Source of the DNA: Eubacteriales bacterium
GTDB taxonomy: Bacteria > Bacillota > Clostridia > Oscillospirales > CAG-272
Direction: 5' to 3'
DNA: 51,805 nt
NCBI GenBank assembly: GCA_045653185.1
Contig: JAZOLQ010000040.1
Span: 1-51,805 of the forward strand
A program made the translations under genes and the position numbers. How positions within the stretch are numbered: position 1 is the stretch's first letter; every line of letters starts with the position of its first letter. The notes under the pieces were generated by a model that worked only from the letters and a program-made list of their open reading frames with translations, was not told the origin of the DNA and did not search any database. Below are positions 26,223 through 36,356 of the stretch, piece after piece.

Positions 26223-27563
26223 TTAGAATGGGATTTTCAACTTGTTTCGCTTGCTGAGCTTAGCAAGCCCCTTGGGGTCAGAGAACTGCTTCATAAGCTT
26301 TGTCGTCTGCTCAAACTGGCGCAGAAGCTTATTTACCTCTTCGACCGTTGTTCCGCTTCCCGCGGCAATTCGTTTCTTTCTTGATGCGTTGAGTATATCG
26401 GGCTTTTCACGCTCGCGCTTGGTCATTGATTTGATGATAGCCTCGGTGCGCGCGATAGCCTTTTCGTCTATCTTTGCGTCCTTCATAGCTCCTGGCTTCA
26501 TACCTGGCATCATACCCATTATCTGATCGAGATTGCCCATGTTTTTGATCTGCGCAAACTGATCGAGATAATCGTCAAGCGTAAATGTGGACTCTCTTAT
26601 CTTTCTCTCAAGGTCAGCGGCTTTCTTTTCGTCGTAAGCCTGCTCAGCCTTTTCGATAAGCGAGAGAACGTCGCCCATTCCAAGAATTCGCGATGCCATT
26701 CTGTCGGGGTAGAAGGGTTCGATAGTGTCAAGCTTTTCTCCCGTTCCCACGAATTTGATCGGCTTGCCTGTAACGTGCTTTACAGAAAGCGCCGCGCCGC
26801 CACGTGTGTCACCGTCAAGCTTTGTAAGAACAACACCTGTTATATCAAGCTGTTCGTTGAAGGTCTCCGCAACGTTGACAGCATCCTGACCTATCATAGC
26901 GTCAATAGTGAGAAGTATCTCTGTGGGAGCTACCTTTTCTTTTATCATAGTAAGCTCGCCCATAAGCTCCTCATCAATGTGCAGACGTCCTGCCGTATCG
27001 ATGAAGACCATATCGTATCCCTTAGAGATAGCATAGCTTACGCCTTCCTCGGCGATCTTTACGGGAGAGGTCTTGTCTCCCATAGTAAACACAGGAATGT
27101 CAAGCTTCTCACCCACGATCTGCAGCTGCTTTATCGCGGCGGGACGGTATACGTCACACGCTACGAGCAAAGGCTTTTTGCCCTGTTTCTTGTAAAGCCC
27201 CGCAAGCTTTCCCGCATGCGTGGTCTTACCCGCACCCTGAAGACCTACCATCATAACGACCGTAGGCGGCTTTGAGGATATGACAAGCTTTGACTGAGAG
27301 CCACCCATGAGGTTTGTGAGCTCTTCGTTTACTATTTTTACTATCTGCTGAGCGGGGAGCAGAGATTCAAGCACCTCGCTTCCGACAGCTCTTTCGGATA
27401 CTATTTTTATAAAGTCTCTTACGACCTTGAAGTTGACGTCAGCTTCGAGCAAGGCGAGCTTGATCTCTCGCATACCTGCTTTTACGTCAGCTTCCGTAAG
27501 CTTACCTTTGTTCTTGAATTTTTTGAAGGCATTTTCGAGCTTTTCACTCAAACTTTGAAACAT
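26223..27563 (-). CDS. ffh: signal recognition particle protein
   Basis: N-domain, GTPase motifs GLQGAGKTT/DTAGR/TKLD, and a Met-rich M domain. Confidence 0.97.
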   Translation of the reverse strand: MFQSLSEKLENAFKKFKNKGKLTEADVKAGMREIKLALLEADVNFKVVRDFIKIVSERAVGSEVLESLLPAQQIVKIVNEELTNLMGGSQSKLVISSKPPTVVMMVGLQGAGKTTHAGKLAGLYKKQGKKPLLVACDVYRPAAIKQLQIVGEKLDIPVFTMGDKTSPVKIAEEGVSYAISKGYDMVFIDTAGRLHIDEELMGELTMIKEKVAPTEILLTIDAMIGQDAVNVAETFNEQLDITGVVLTKLDGDTRGGAALSVKHVTGKPIKFVGTGEKLDTIEPFYPDRMASRILGMGDVLSLIEKAEQAYDEKKAADLERKIRESTFTLDDYLDQFAQIKNMGNLDQIMGMMPGMKPGAMKDAKIDEKAIARTEAIIKSMTKREREKPDILNASRKKRIAAGSGTTVEEVNKLLRQFEQTTKLMKQFSDPKGLAKLSKRNKLKIPF

Positions 27564-27588
27564 AAGCTATACCTGCCTTTCTTTTGGA

Positions 27589-27924
27589 TCATTCTTCGAT
27601 TATCCTCGTAAGTATTTCAAGCTCACCTATAAATTCATCGGGCAGAGAAAGCTCAAGCGCTTTCTTTGTGAGAGAATCGAGCTGAGCCTCTGCGCGCTTC
27701 AGCTTTTTCGCAAGTCCGAGCTTTTTTTCGTAAAAGAAAAGCTCATCCTCACTCTTCTTTATTATGTCTCTGACGCCCTGACGCGATATGCCTATCTCTG
27801 TGGCTATTTCGGCAAGAGAAAGATCCTCATTGTAATACATATCCATCACCGAGCGTTTTCTTTCGGGGAGAATATCGCCGTAAAAGTCAAGTAAATAGCC
27901 GATTTCGAGATTTTTTTCAAACAT
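27589..27924 (-). CDS. ylxM: YlxM-like putative DNA-binding protein (UPF0122)
   Basis: MFEKNLEIGYLLDFYGDILPERKRSVMDMYYNEDLSLAEIA.. HTH, directly upstream of ffh. Confidence 0.85.
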   Translation of the reverse strand: MFEKNLEIGYLLDFYGDILPERKRSVMDMYYNEDLSLAEIATEIGISRQGVRDIIKKSEDELFFYEKKLGLAKKLKRAEAQLDSLTKKALELSLPDEFIGELEILTRIIEE

Positions 27925-27971
27925 ATCAGAACCGCCTTCATAGGTGTAAAGCAAAATACTTTACAAGTATA

Positions 27972-28898
27972 TCATCTTTCATCTTGTTTGTCAAGCGTTT
28001 TTTTGCTTTTTTTGAAAAAATCTTTTGTTATTTTGATTTTAGGCATCTCGCTTATAAATGCCGCGCCGAGAATGAGTATACTTCCGACAAGCTGCGCTAA
28101 AGTAAAACCTTCTCTCAGCAGAATTGCCGAGAGGATAAGCGCTATGACCGGATCCAGATAACTGAGCATTGCGGCGGTCTGCGCCTTTATGTGCTCGATG
28201 CTTCCAAAATAAAGAGTGTAGGCGAGTCCCGTGTGTATTATTCCCACTATTATCAAAAGGATAGCACAGGTAGCGTTTGCCGAAAGAGCAGTTAGGTTTT
28301 CTGTCAGAAGGACGTAGGGAAGAATGGTTACTGCGGCGCTTCCAAGCTGTATAAGTGTTTTTTCTGTGTCGGAAATGCCTTTTATGAACTTGTTAAGTAT
28401 TATGACGGTCGCGTATAGGGCGGCAGCGCCAAGTCCGAAAAGAACCCCCCTCATGCCTGCGCCTGTGGCTTGAGATACCCCCGAAATGATCAGCATTCCG
28501 AGAAAAGCCGAGAGCGTACAGAGTATCTTTTTTGCCGTAAGCTTTTCTTTAAGAATAAAAGGCGATGCTATTATAACCAAAACGGGAGCCATATAGTAGC
28601 AAAGAGTAGCCGTCGATACCGAGGTATATCGGTAAGCTTCAAAGAGCAATATCCAATTCACGCCTATAAAAGCGCCCGAAAGACAGAGAAGCAAGAGGTT
28701 CTTTTTTATTGCCGCAAAATTTATCTTCTGTCTCTTTAATGTTATTACGAGCAAAAGAAAGAGCATGCCGATAGCGCCTCTGACAAAGGCTATAACGCTT
28801 GACGGAAGCGGAATATAGCTTCTGAATATTCCTATCGTTCCGAATATCGCCATTGATGCGATAAGCTTAAATCTGGCGGCGTTTTCAATAGATTTCAT
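27972..28898 (-). CDS. EamA/DMT-family transporter
   Basis: 10-TM protein with two EamA-like repeats. Confidence 0.8.
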   Translation of the reverse strand: MKSIENAARFKLIASMAIFGTIGIFRSYIPLPSSVIAFVRGAIGMLFLLLVITLKRQKINFAAIKKNLLLLCLSGAFIGVNWILLFEAYRYTSVSTATLCYYMAPVLVIIASPFILKEKLTAKKILCTLSAFLGMLIISGVSQATGAGMRGVLFGLGAAALYATVIILNKFIKGISDTEKTLIQLGSAAVTILPYVLLTENLTALSANATCAILLIIVGIIHTGLAYTLYFGSIEHIKAQTAAMLSYLDPVIALILSAILLREGFTLAQLVGSILILGAAFISEMPKIKITKDFFKKSKKTLDKQDER

Positions 28899-28904
28899 AT
28901 TCTA

Positions 28905-28953
28905 CTCCAAAATAAATTTTGTAGCGGTACGGCAAATAAAAGCCGCACCGCTA
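28905..28953 (-). terminator. terminator after the pot operon
   Basis: 12-bp stem tagcggtacggc/gccgcaccgcta (one G-U on the minus-strand RNA), then a U-rich tract. Confidence 0.65.
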
Positions 28954-28968
28954 ACCTTAAAAATTCAA

Positions 28969-31008
28969 CTAACTGATCTTTAATTCTTCCCAAAGCGAGT
29001 TCAAAAGCTTTTTGGTCTCTGCGTCAAGATCCTTGTAGCAGTTTGCGTCATACGCCTCATGGAAATTAAAGTTTTCGGGATAAAGTATCTCGATAGCTTC
29101 CTTTCCCATATCCTCAATATAGGTCTCACTGTTATAAACTACCGAGTGGGGAGATGCGTAGCAGATATATTCCGCATTTGCGATAGCCGCTTCCTCGCTG
29201 AGCATAAAGTTGATATATTCCTCGGCGAGAGCTTTGTTTTGCGTGCAGGCGGGAATGCACATAGCATCTACGAACAGGTTTGTATTCTCGGGATAATAGA
29301 ACTGAAGATCAACGTTGTCAGCCTGATTTTCGATCATCGTGAGATAATCTCCCGCATAGTATGCGCCGATTGCAGCCTCTCCCGATTCCATCATATTGTA
29401 TATTTCATCCATAACGTATTTGTTAAGGACGGGCTTTTGTCTCTTTAGCTCCTCAAGACCCGCTTTCCAGCTTTCAGGATTTGAGGTGTTTACATCAAGA
29501 CCAAGTTTATAGAAAGCAGTGCCAAATGCGTCGCGGGCATTGTTGAACTGAACTATTTGACCCGAATATTTGCTGTTCCAAAGGAGCTCCCAGTCTCCGA
29601 TATCCTCCTCGTTTACTACGTTAGCGTTATAGATAACGCCGATCATTCCGTAGGTGTAGGGAACGGAATACTTGTTATCGGGGTCGTAATAGAGATTTCT
29701 GAAATCTTCCTCGATACAGGTCTCATAATTCGGAATGTTGTTAAAATCAAGCTCAGCGAGCAGTCCTTCGGATGCAAGTCTTGCTACCATATAATCGGAG
29801 GGAATGATGACGTCATAGCTCACCGCATCGGTTGAAAGCTTTGCGTAAAGGTCTTCGTTCGAGGTATAAGTAACGTAATTGACCTTCACGTTAAGTCCAA
29901 GCACATTTCTGCAGTATTTCTCAAACGCCTTGTTTACGTTGAGAGAGCCTTCAGAGCCGTCGGAGATATATTCTCCCCAGTTGTAAACGTTAAGCGTAAC
30001 GGTGTTCTTGGAGTAAACGCCGAGCATAACACAAAAGGATATCATTACCGTGATAGCACAGACGACGGCGATTATCTTGCTTAAGTAGCCAAAGCTGCGT
30101 TTGGGGGCGCGAACCTCGTAATGCTCGTCGCTTTTTTTAATTTTTGGCTTTTTGCCGCTTTTTTGTGCTTTGAGTATTGCTTCCTTGCGCTTCTTTTCTT
30201 CCTTCAATCTCTTTGCCTCAAGTCTTTCGTAAGAGGATTTTTCTCTGTTGGAAAGAAGGAGGAGCAGAAGAATAATGACAAATACAATAGACGAAAGCGC
30301 ATAAATAGTGGGTTTGACACTCTTTTTCGTCATGCTGTATATCAGCACGGGCAGAGTCTGGAAGTCAACGCCCGAGGTGAAATAGCTGATGACGAAGTCA
30401 TCAAGAGACATTGTGAACGCCATTATCATTCCTGTGAGGACTCCGGGCATTATAGCGGGGAGCTGAACCTTGAAGAATGATTGCGCGGGCGTACAGCCGA
30501 GGTCAAGAGCCGCTTCGGGCAGAGACTTATCCATCTGCTTGAATTTCGGAAGTACGTTAAGTATGACGTATGGAAGGTTGAAGGTGACGTGCGCGATAAG
30601 CATTGTCCAGAAGTTTAGCTTTGTGCTAAGACCGAGCAGACCTCCCACAAAAACGAAAAGAAACATAAGCGATATACCCGTAATGATCTCAGGGTTCATC
30701 ATGGGGATATTCGTCGTTGTCATAACGGTACGGCTTACGTGCTTGTTCTTCATATGATGTATGCCAAAAGCCGCCGCAGTACCTATAAGCGTAGCTATTA
30801 TCGAAGAAGCTATCGCAAGTATAAGCGAATTTTTCAGCGCGTTCAGTATCTCGACGTTGTTGAAGAGCTCGACGTACCATTTGAGCGAAAATCCGCTGAA
30901 GGTAGAGGTGCTTGAGCCCGAATTGAAGGAGAAGAACAAAAGGACCGCTATCGGCGCGAAGAGGAATACGAGTATCAGCGCAATGTAGATTTTTGAAAGT
31001 CTTTTCAC
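28969..31008 (-). CDS. spermidine/putrescine ABC transporter permease PotC fused to substrate-binding protein PotD
   Basis: Residues 1-~265 form a PotC-like 6-TM permease (EAA loop ...EAALDLGCTPAQSFFKVQLP). Next come a ~55-aa K/E-rich linker, one TM helix (IIAVVCAITVMISFCVMLGVY) and a ~340-aa PotD-like domain (LNVYNWGEYI...). The reading frame is uninterrupted. Confidence 0.85.
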   Translation of the reverse strand: MKRLSKIYIALILVFLFAPIAVLLFFSFNSGSSTSTFSGFSLKWYVELFNNVEILNALKNSLILAIASSIIATLIGTAAAFGIHHMKNKHVSRTVMTTTNIPMMNPEIITGISLMFLFVFVGGLLGLSTKLNFWTMLIAHVTFNLPYVILNVLPKFKQMDKSLPEAALDLGCTPAQSFFKVQLPAIMPGVLTGMIMAFTMSLDDFVISYFTSGVDFQTLPVLIYSMTKKSVKPTIYALSSIVFVIILLLLLLSNREKSSYERLEAKRLKEEKKRKEAILKAQKSGKKPKIKKSDEHYEVRAPKRSFGYLSKIIAVVCAITVMISFCVMLGVYSKNTVTLNVYNWGEYISDGSEGSLNVNKAFEKYCRNVLGLNVKVNYVTYTSNEDLYAKLSTDAVSYDVIIPSDYMVARLASEGLLAELDFNNIPNYETCIEEDFRNLYYDPDNKYSVPYTYGMIGVIYNANVVNEEDIGDWELLWNSKYSGQIVQFNNARDAFGTAFYKLGLDVNTSNPESWKAGLEELKRQKPVLNKYVMDEIYNMMESGEAAIGAYYAGDYLTMIENQADNVDLQFYYPENTNLFVDAMCIPACTQNKALAEEYINFMLSEEAAIANAEYICYASPHSVVYNSETYIEDMGKEAIEILYPENFNFHEAYDANCYKDLDAETKKLLNSLWEELKIS

Positions 31009-31883
31009 AGCACGATACCTCCTCCCTCATCTCCCTCGGAATAGTGATTTACTATCGCCAGACCGACAAGAAGAATAAGCATAAGTATAAGCGAGAGCGA
31101 CGCCGTCATATTGTAGTTAGACGCGGCGTACTGCTGTTCGATAACGTCGCCGATGAGAAGCGTATCGACTCCGCCGAGCTTTTGCGAGATATAGAAGGTG
31201 CTTATCGACGGAACGAGGACCATTGTGACTCCCGAGATAACTCCCGAAAGACTCAGCGGAAATACCACCTTTCTCATAACTCCAAAAGAGTTACATCCGA
31301 GGTCGGATGCGGCTTCGATGAGTCGGTTGTCTATCTTTGACATTACCGAGTATATCGGAAGTAACATAAATGGCAGGTAATCATATACCATACCTATGAT
31401 TACAGCGCCTTCTGTTCCCAAAATGTGAATAGGCGGGATACCAAAGCTTCCAAGGAAGGAGTTTATGATACCCGTATCCTGTATCAGCACCATTATCGCG
31501 TAGGTACGGATAAGGAAGTTCATCCACATAGGGAGCATAAGCAGAAGTATAAGTATCTTCTGAGTTTTCGGGTTGCTTCTTGATATAAAATAAGCTATCG
31601 GATATCCGAGAAGCAGGCAAATAGCCGTTGCTATAAGGGCGAGCTTCAGTGAACGGAAGAATATCAAGAGATATTTTTCGGTAAAGAAAGCCGAAATGTT
31701 AGCAAGAGTAAAAGCTCCGTCCGCGTCTGTGAATGCGTAATACGCAACGAATATCAGCGGCGCGATTATAAAGAGCACAGACCAAACGATATGCGGTGCT
31801 GCCGCGTATCTCTGGAGCAGACCTCTTTTTTGCGGAGGATTTTTGCGCGGGGTATTGTCGGAAACAAAGTCTTTTCTTGTCAT
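31005..31883 (-). CDS. potB: spermidine/putrescine ABC transporter permease PotB
   Basis: 6-TM permease with EAA loop [21 protein letters not shown]. It has 4-nt overlaps with both neighbours. Confidence 0.9.
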   Translation of the reverse strand: MTRKDFVSDNTPRKNPPQKRGLLQRYAAAPHIVWSVLFIIAPLIFVAYYAFTDADGAFTLANISAFFTEKYLLIFFRSLKLALIATAICLLLGYPIAYFISRSNPKTQKILILLLMLPMWMNFLIRTYAIMVLIQDTGIINSFLGSFGIPPIHILGTEGAVIIGMVYDYLPFMLLPIYSVMSKIDNRLIEAASDLGCNSFGVMRKVVFPLSLSGVISGVTMVLVPSISTFYISQKLGGVDTLLIGDVIEQQYAASNYNMTASLSLILMLILLVGLAIVNHYSEGDEGGGIVL

Positions 31884-33073
31884 TCCTCGATATCCTCCGT
31901 GATATCCGAAAGATGCTCAAGCTCGTCGGAGAAAGAGGAATAATCTCCGAACATATCTGAGTATTCGGATTTTTTCATAATATGGATCGCATCGGGCTCT
32001 ATGTAAAGACCGATAGCTTCGTTCGGAACGACGTAATCTGTGGTTTGTATCATCCACTTGAATCCGCCGATATCTACGATTATCTCGTAGTGAACGCCCT
32101 TGAAGGTAACCGAGGATACCGTGCCTGTCAGCATTCCTTTTTCTAGCGGGACAACATCAACATCCTCAGGACGAACAACAACGTCTATCTGTTCATTCTT
32201 TGCAAATCCCTTATCAAGACACTTAAATGTCTGTCCGGCAAATCTTACCTTGTAGTCCTCAAGCATGATTCCGTCAAGGATATTAGATTCGCCTATAAAG
32301 TCGGCAACGAAAGCGTTTACAGGCTCGTTGTAGATATCTGTGGGAGTGCCTATCTGCTGTATCTTTCCGTTAGCCATAACGACGACGGTATCCGACATAG
32401 AGAGGGCTTCCTCCTGATCGTGTGTGACGTATATAAATGTAATTCCTGTTTTAGTCTGGATATTTTTCAGCTCAACCTGCATATCCTTGCGAAGCTTGAG
32501 GTCAAGCGCGCCGAGAGGCTCGTCGAGAAGAAGGAGCTTCGGCTTATTTATAAGAGCACGGGCAATAGCGACACGCTGCTGCTGACCGCCCGAGAGAAGA
32601 TTTACATTCTTTCGTTCAAAACCGCAAAGGTTTACCATCTTAAGCATTTCCGAAACACGTTCTTTTATCTCGGTCTCGCCGACCTTGGCTATTCTGAGTC
32701 CGAACGCTATGTTGTCATAAACGTTCAGATGAGGGAAGAGCGCATATTTTTGAAATACGGTGTTTACCTGACGCTTGTACGCGGGGAGATCGTTTATTCT
32801 TTTTCCGTCAAAAAACACATCTCCGATATCGGGGGACTCAAAGCCGCCGATTATTCGCAGAGTCGTTGTTTTTCCGCAGCCCGAAGGGCCGAGAAGAGTG
32901 ATAAATTCTTTGTCTGTTATATACAGATCGATATTATCAAGAACAGTCTCGCCATCAAAGGATTTAGAGATGTTTTTTAATTCGATAAGCTTGTGTTTGG
33001 ATGTCTTTTCGTAAGATGCAGCCTCTACCTCAGCTGTTGAAAGATCCTGTTTTTCTGTCAGTTCTTTTTTCAT
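31880..33073 (-). CDS. potA: spermidine/putrescine ABC transporter ATPase PotA
   Basis: Walker [10 protein letters not shown], signature LSGGQQQRV, Walker B LLLLDEPL, and a TOBE-like C-terminus. I chose ATG 33073 (MKKELTEK). Confidence 0.9.
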   Translation of the reverse strand: MKKELTEKQDLSTAEVEAASYEKTSKHKLIELKNISKSFDGETVLDNIDLYITDKEFITLLGPSGCGKTTTLRIIGGFESPDIGDVFFDGKRINDLPAYKRQVNTVFQKYALFPHLNVYDNIAFGLRIAKVGETEIKERVSEMLKMVNLCGFERKNVNLLSGGQQQRVAIARALINKPKLLLLDEPLGALDLKLRKDMQVELKNIQTKTGITFIYVTHDQEEALSMSDTVVVMANGKIQQIGTPTDIYNEPVNAFVADFIGESNILDGIMLEDYKVRFAGQTFKCLDKGFAKNEQIDVVVRPEDVDVVPLEKGMLTGTVSSVTFKGVHYEIIVDIGGFKWMIQTTDYVVPNEAIGLYIEPDAIHIMKKSEYSDMFGDYSSFSDELEHLSDITEDIEE

Positions 33074-33219
33074 TCCGCATAAATACTCCTTTAAGTATAA
33101 AAATACAGGATGAAAGGCTTTATTTCGACCAAAAAACATGGTGGTTATATAGAGAATATCGACCGCATACAGCGCATCGCACCCTCCCGTTTTTATATGC
33201 CTATAAAATCCTTGCGAAT

Positions 33220-33248
33220 ATTGTAACAGAAATCGAAGGAAATTGCAA
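33220..33248 (-). promoter_or_regulatory. pot operon promoter
   Basis: On the minus strand: TTGCAA (33248-33243), 17-nt spacer, TACAAT (33225-33220). Confidence 0.55.
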
Positions 33249-33390
33249 TATATTTTAAGAAATTCATTGAATTTTTGTCGATAAATCTAATTATTCTGCA
33301 TTAATTGACAAAAAATGAAAATATTTTATAAAAATCAGCGCTTTTCTCGCTAAAACTTTTTATATCTCGAAAATCCTTTTATTTTTGCAG

Positions 33391-33984
33391 TTATGAAAAA
33401 TTATTCCTCTGTGAAATGAAAATATTCGAGAAGACCGAGAGTGAAAATACGAACAGAGAAAGCGAGGCGGAGGTCCTTAAAAGCAGATAAAGAGATATGC
33501 TCCAGATAAAGAAAAGGGAGAGGAAGGAGCAAATATCAATAATTATTTCGACACTTGAAACGCTTAAAAAAATTGATAGAAAGGATGAAAATATCCTTCC
33601 GCCGTCGAAGGTTTTTATCGGCAAAAGATTTATTATTCCAAGCGCGAGAGAGGACACTGTAAATATATCGAATACTTGGCTTGATACCCCCGACGTCTTG
33701 GAAATTATCGCCGCAATATCGGCGCATATGAGATTAGAGAGCGGACCTGCGGAGGATATCGCAATTTCTTTTGTGTAAGAAGTCAGAGCGCATTCTGTCG
33801 AGATCCTTGCGCCGAAGATACCAAGCTCAAATCGGGAGAGGCGAACTCCCAAAAGCCTTGCGCATACAATATGCCCAAGCTCGTGTATTGCGGCGGCGAT
33901 AAGCGGAATAAAAGCGTAGCGTGATGACGAGAGCAAAAGCGAAAGGAAGAGCATAACTGCAAAAAAACTGATTTTTATTTTCAT
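33391..33984 (-). CDS. M50-family (site-2 protease-like) membrane metalloprotease
   Basis: HELGH zinc motif within a TM helix, a downstream NLLPIKTFDGG motif, 197 aa. Confidence 0.8.
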   Translation of the reverse strand: MKIKISFFAVMLFLSLLLSSSRYAFIPLIAAAIHELGHIVCARLLGVRLSRFELGIFGARISTECALTSYTKEIAISSAGPLSNLICADIAAIISKTSGVSSQVFDIFTVSSLALGIINLLPIKTFDGGRIFSSFLSIFLSVSSVEIIIDICSFLSLFFIWSISLYLLLRTSASLSLFVFSLSVFSNIFISQRNNFS

Positions 33985-34009
33985 TTCAGCTCCAAATTTA
34001 TTTTGTGTA

Positions 34010-34038
34010 TTGAATTTATATGAGCTTTGTGATATAAT
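34010..34038 (+). promoter_or_regulatory. sigma-A type promoter
   Basis: TTGAAT (34010-34015), 17-nt spacer, TATAAT (34033-34038), with a TGn extended -10. Confidence 0.65.
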
Positions 34039-34072
34039 TATCTCAAATCTATCTCATCGAGAGGAGTTATAT

Positions 34073-34600
34073 ATGAAAAAGCAGTTTTTTTCTATGTGCG
34101 GAGTCGTTTTTCTGTGCATTTTTGGCGCTTGTTTGCTTAATTTACTCGTAATGTCGATCGTTTTGAAAATCGCAAATATTCTTGTTGTCGTCACCCCCTT
34201 TGCAGAGGTAGTTATAAGACTTGTGGTATCGCTTATTATGGTTGTGGGTGTTCCGTCTGCGGTTAGCTGTCTCGTGTCTTACAAAATGGCAAGCTTTGAC
34301 GTAAAAAATGCCTGCGGAACTTTTTGCGTTGCATCTGTATTTCAGCTTTTGCTTGCGCTTCTTCTCAAATTCCATCCTTTCATCAGCGGGGGAGTGCTTT
34401 ATCTCGCAGGTATATTTGAGAGCGGAAGCTCGTTTACAAACGGCGCGGATATAGAATACGTCGGAATTATAGATTATCTTCTTGCTTACGTCATCTGTTT
34501 TTCATTCGGACTCGCATGTTATCTTCTCTTTGGTAAGCTTGGAATGAAAAAGCGTATTGCAGACAGAGAAGAGTTGACGGGGAAGTCGGGGCTCGATTGA
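34073..34600 (+). CDS. membrane protein of unknown function
   Basis: ATG 34073 follows GAGGAG. The longer ORF would start inside the promoter. It has 5 hydrophobic segments. Confidence 0.6.
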   Translation: MKKQFFSMCGVVFLCIFGACLLNLLVMSIVLKIANILVVVTPFAEVVIRLVVSLIMVVGVPSAVSCLVSYKMASFDVKNACGTFCVASVFQLLLALLLKFHPFISGGVLYLAGIFESGSSFTNGADIEYVGIIDYLLAYVICFSFGLACYLLFGKLGMKKRIADREELTGKSGLD

Positions 34601-34654
34601 CCGCATAAAATATCGGTATTTCAGATTATTCAGAGCAAAACTACATAAACAAAA

Positions 34655-34700
34655 AAGACCGCTTTGCTATCAGGGCATGATAGTAAAAGCGGTCTTTTTA
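34655..34700. terminator. bidirectional terminator
   Basis: Long imperfect stem gaccgctttgctatca/tgatagtaaaagcggtc, flanked by A- and T-runs. Confidence 0.7.
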
Positions 34701-34709
34701 TAGAAAATC

Positions 34710-36059
34710 TTATGAATTTGATTTTTTAACGGTTTCCTTTATGACCGATATGATCTCAACGGTAAGAATTGAAAGAATTACAAGCGAATGAACTATATAA
34801 TTCATTACCAAAAGGAAAGCTGTAACGAACAGGAAGAGAAAGGCTGCAAAATAGAATATTCGTTTTTGCATACTCATAGAGGAGTAAGAACGAATGTATT
34901 CAAGGAAGGGGAGAATTGCGAAAATGATAATGTAAAAATATGATATAGATGGGATCAGCGTTATGATAGCAAAGCATATCACATAGCGTGAAAAATCATT
35001 CTTTGCCACTATGGCGCAAAATGTTGAAAACGCAAATACCACTATCAAGGCTGACAAATTGATCAAGGTGAAAATGAGCGAGTCAGACGAAAGTTTGGGG
35101 ACAAACAAGTGTAAAAACTTGTATATAAACGCCGATATTGAGAGATTGGTAGGTCCGAGCAATCTGAGCTCATTTGACATAAATCCGCCGAGTCGGTCCA
35201 AGAAGGGAGAGAAGTTGTTAAGGTCGCTTCCAAAGAAGAAAAACGACAGACCGAATATCATAGCAAAATAAAAAGCTACTCGTATCGACGCGAATATCTT
35301 TTTGTCCTTAAGAAGAAATACGCCGAAAAACAGAGGATATATTTTTATAGCGCCTGCGAGAGCGAGGAAGAAAAGTGCAAGCTCGCGTACAAACGGATTT
35401 TCAGAGTCCTTCATCACAAGGAAAAGAAGGAGAGCTATCAGCGCAAAATAGATGGTATTTCCTCGCATTATCGCATATACAAACGGGGCGCTGAGAATGA
35501 TTATAACTCCGATCTTGAGCCTGTCCTTTCCGACAAGTCCGAAAAGACGGGAGGTCAGAAGTACTATGGCGACTGAGCAAATAACGAAGAAAAGGACGAG
35601 CGCTATCCAAAACTGCGGATAGAGTGTAAGCTCGGCGGTGAGCTCCTCTGCGGTAAGCTCACTGTAACGGTAAACTGCAAAAATATCCTTGCATATGAGC
35701 GCGAACGGATAGAGAATAGCGATAGCTATCGGGGGATAAGAGGAATCGCCGACAACGTACGGACTTTCCTCAAGGGAGAAATTCATAATGACAACGAAAT
35801 CGGAGAATATTCCGAGAAGCCAGTCGAAATTACTGCTTCCTTTATAAAGCGAGGCGTAGGCGAAAACATAGTACAGGATTATACCCAGCATCGCAACAAA
35901 CGTAGAAACCGTTATTACAGTGAAAAAGGTGTTAAATATTCTTTTATTTGAATCGTTAAATTTTATTTTTCCGTCATCGGATATCATCGGCGCAACAGCG
36001 GTGTCCGAGGGAGCATCCGAAAAGTAGGCGGAAACCTTATTAAATATTTTATACGACAT
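34710..36059 (-). CDS. polytopic membrane protein, GT-C-like glycosyltransferase candidate
   Basis: 449 aa, more than 10 TM helices, and an acidic first extracytoplasmic loop (FSDFVVIMNFSLEESPY). The function is inferred from architecture only. Confidence 0.5.
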   Translation of the reverse strand: MSYKIFNKVSAYFSDAPSDTAVAPMISDDGKIKFNDSNKRIFNTFFTVITVSTFVAMLGIILYYVFAYASLYKGSSNFDWLLGIFSDFVVIMNFSLEESPYVVGDSSYPPIAIAILYPFALICKDIFAVYRYSELTAEELTAELTLYPQFWIALVLFFVICSVAIVLLTSRLFGLVGKDRLKIGVIIILSAPFVYAIMRGNTIYFALIALLLFLVMKDSENPFVRELALFFLALAGAIKIYPLFFGVFLLKDKKIFASIRVAFYFAMIFGLSFFFFGSDLNNFSPFLDRLGGFMSNELRLLGPTNLSISAFIYKFLHLFVPKLSSDSLIFTLINLSALIVVFAFSTFCAIVAKNDFSRYVICFAIITLIPSISYFYIIIFAILPFLEYIRSYSSMSMQKRIFYFAAFLFLFVTAFLLVMNYIVHSLVILSILTVEIISVIKETVKKSNS

Positions 36060-36309
36060 ACTTTCCTCTCAACGATTATTTTTTATTGATGGAATGCAGA
36101 TAAAAGTGTGCCACTATCTATTGGTAATAAAAATTATTGCCTGAAGTTCAATATGTCACACAGAGTATTATAACATAATTATAAAAAACTGTCAACACTT
36201 GATATATTTTCTTTTATCAAAAAACTGCATTTGCGTACTGCGATAAAAGAGCTGTGCTTAGGTATAAATTGATTGCGGGAAAATCCGACAAGCTTTTTCA
36301 AGTATAGTA

Positions 36310-36347
36310 AAAAAATGCCTTCGCCGCACGGCGAAGGCATTTTTTTA
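36310..36347. terminator. bidirectional terminator
   Basis: aaaaaatgccttcgcc/ggcgaaggcatttttt perfect stem around a gcac loop. Confidence 0.85.
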
Positions 36348-36356
36348 CTATTTAAG

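Noticed and set aside
33030-33080. An out-of-frame ATG (33080) sits 5 nt after the AAGGAG upstream of potA, opening a 16-codon ORF that overlaps the potA start.
   Set aside because: The in-frame potA ATG, at 12-nt spacing, is still workable. I have no conservation or coding evidence for the mini-ORF.
33074-33139. N-terminally extended ORF-track starts. These are potA 33139, folC 15652, spoVT 41500, EIIC 37502, DUF3343 21651, metY 43648, membrane protein 34010 and feoB 39514.
   Set aside because: The extensions lack an RBS, overlap promoters, terminators or upstream genes, and add non-homologous residues. Internal ATG codons with GGAGG-type RBSs match the homolog N-termini.
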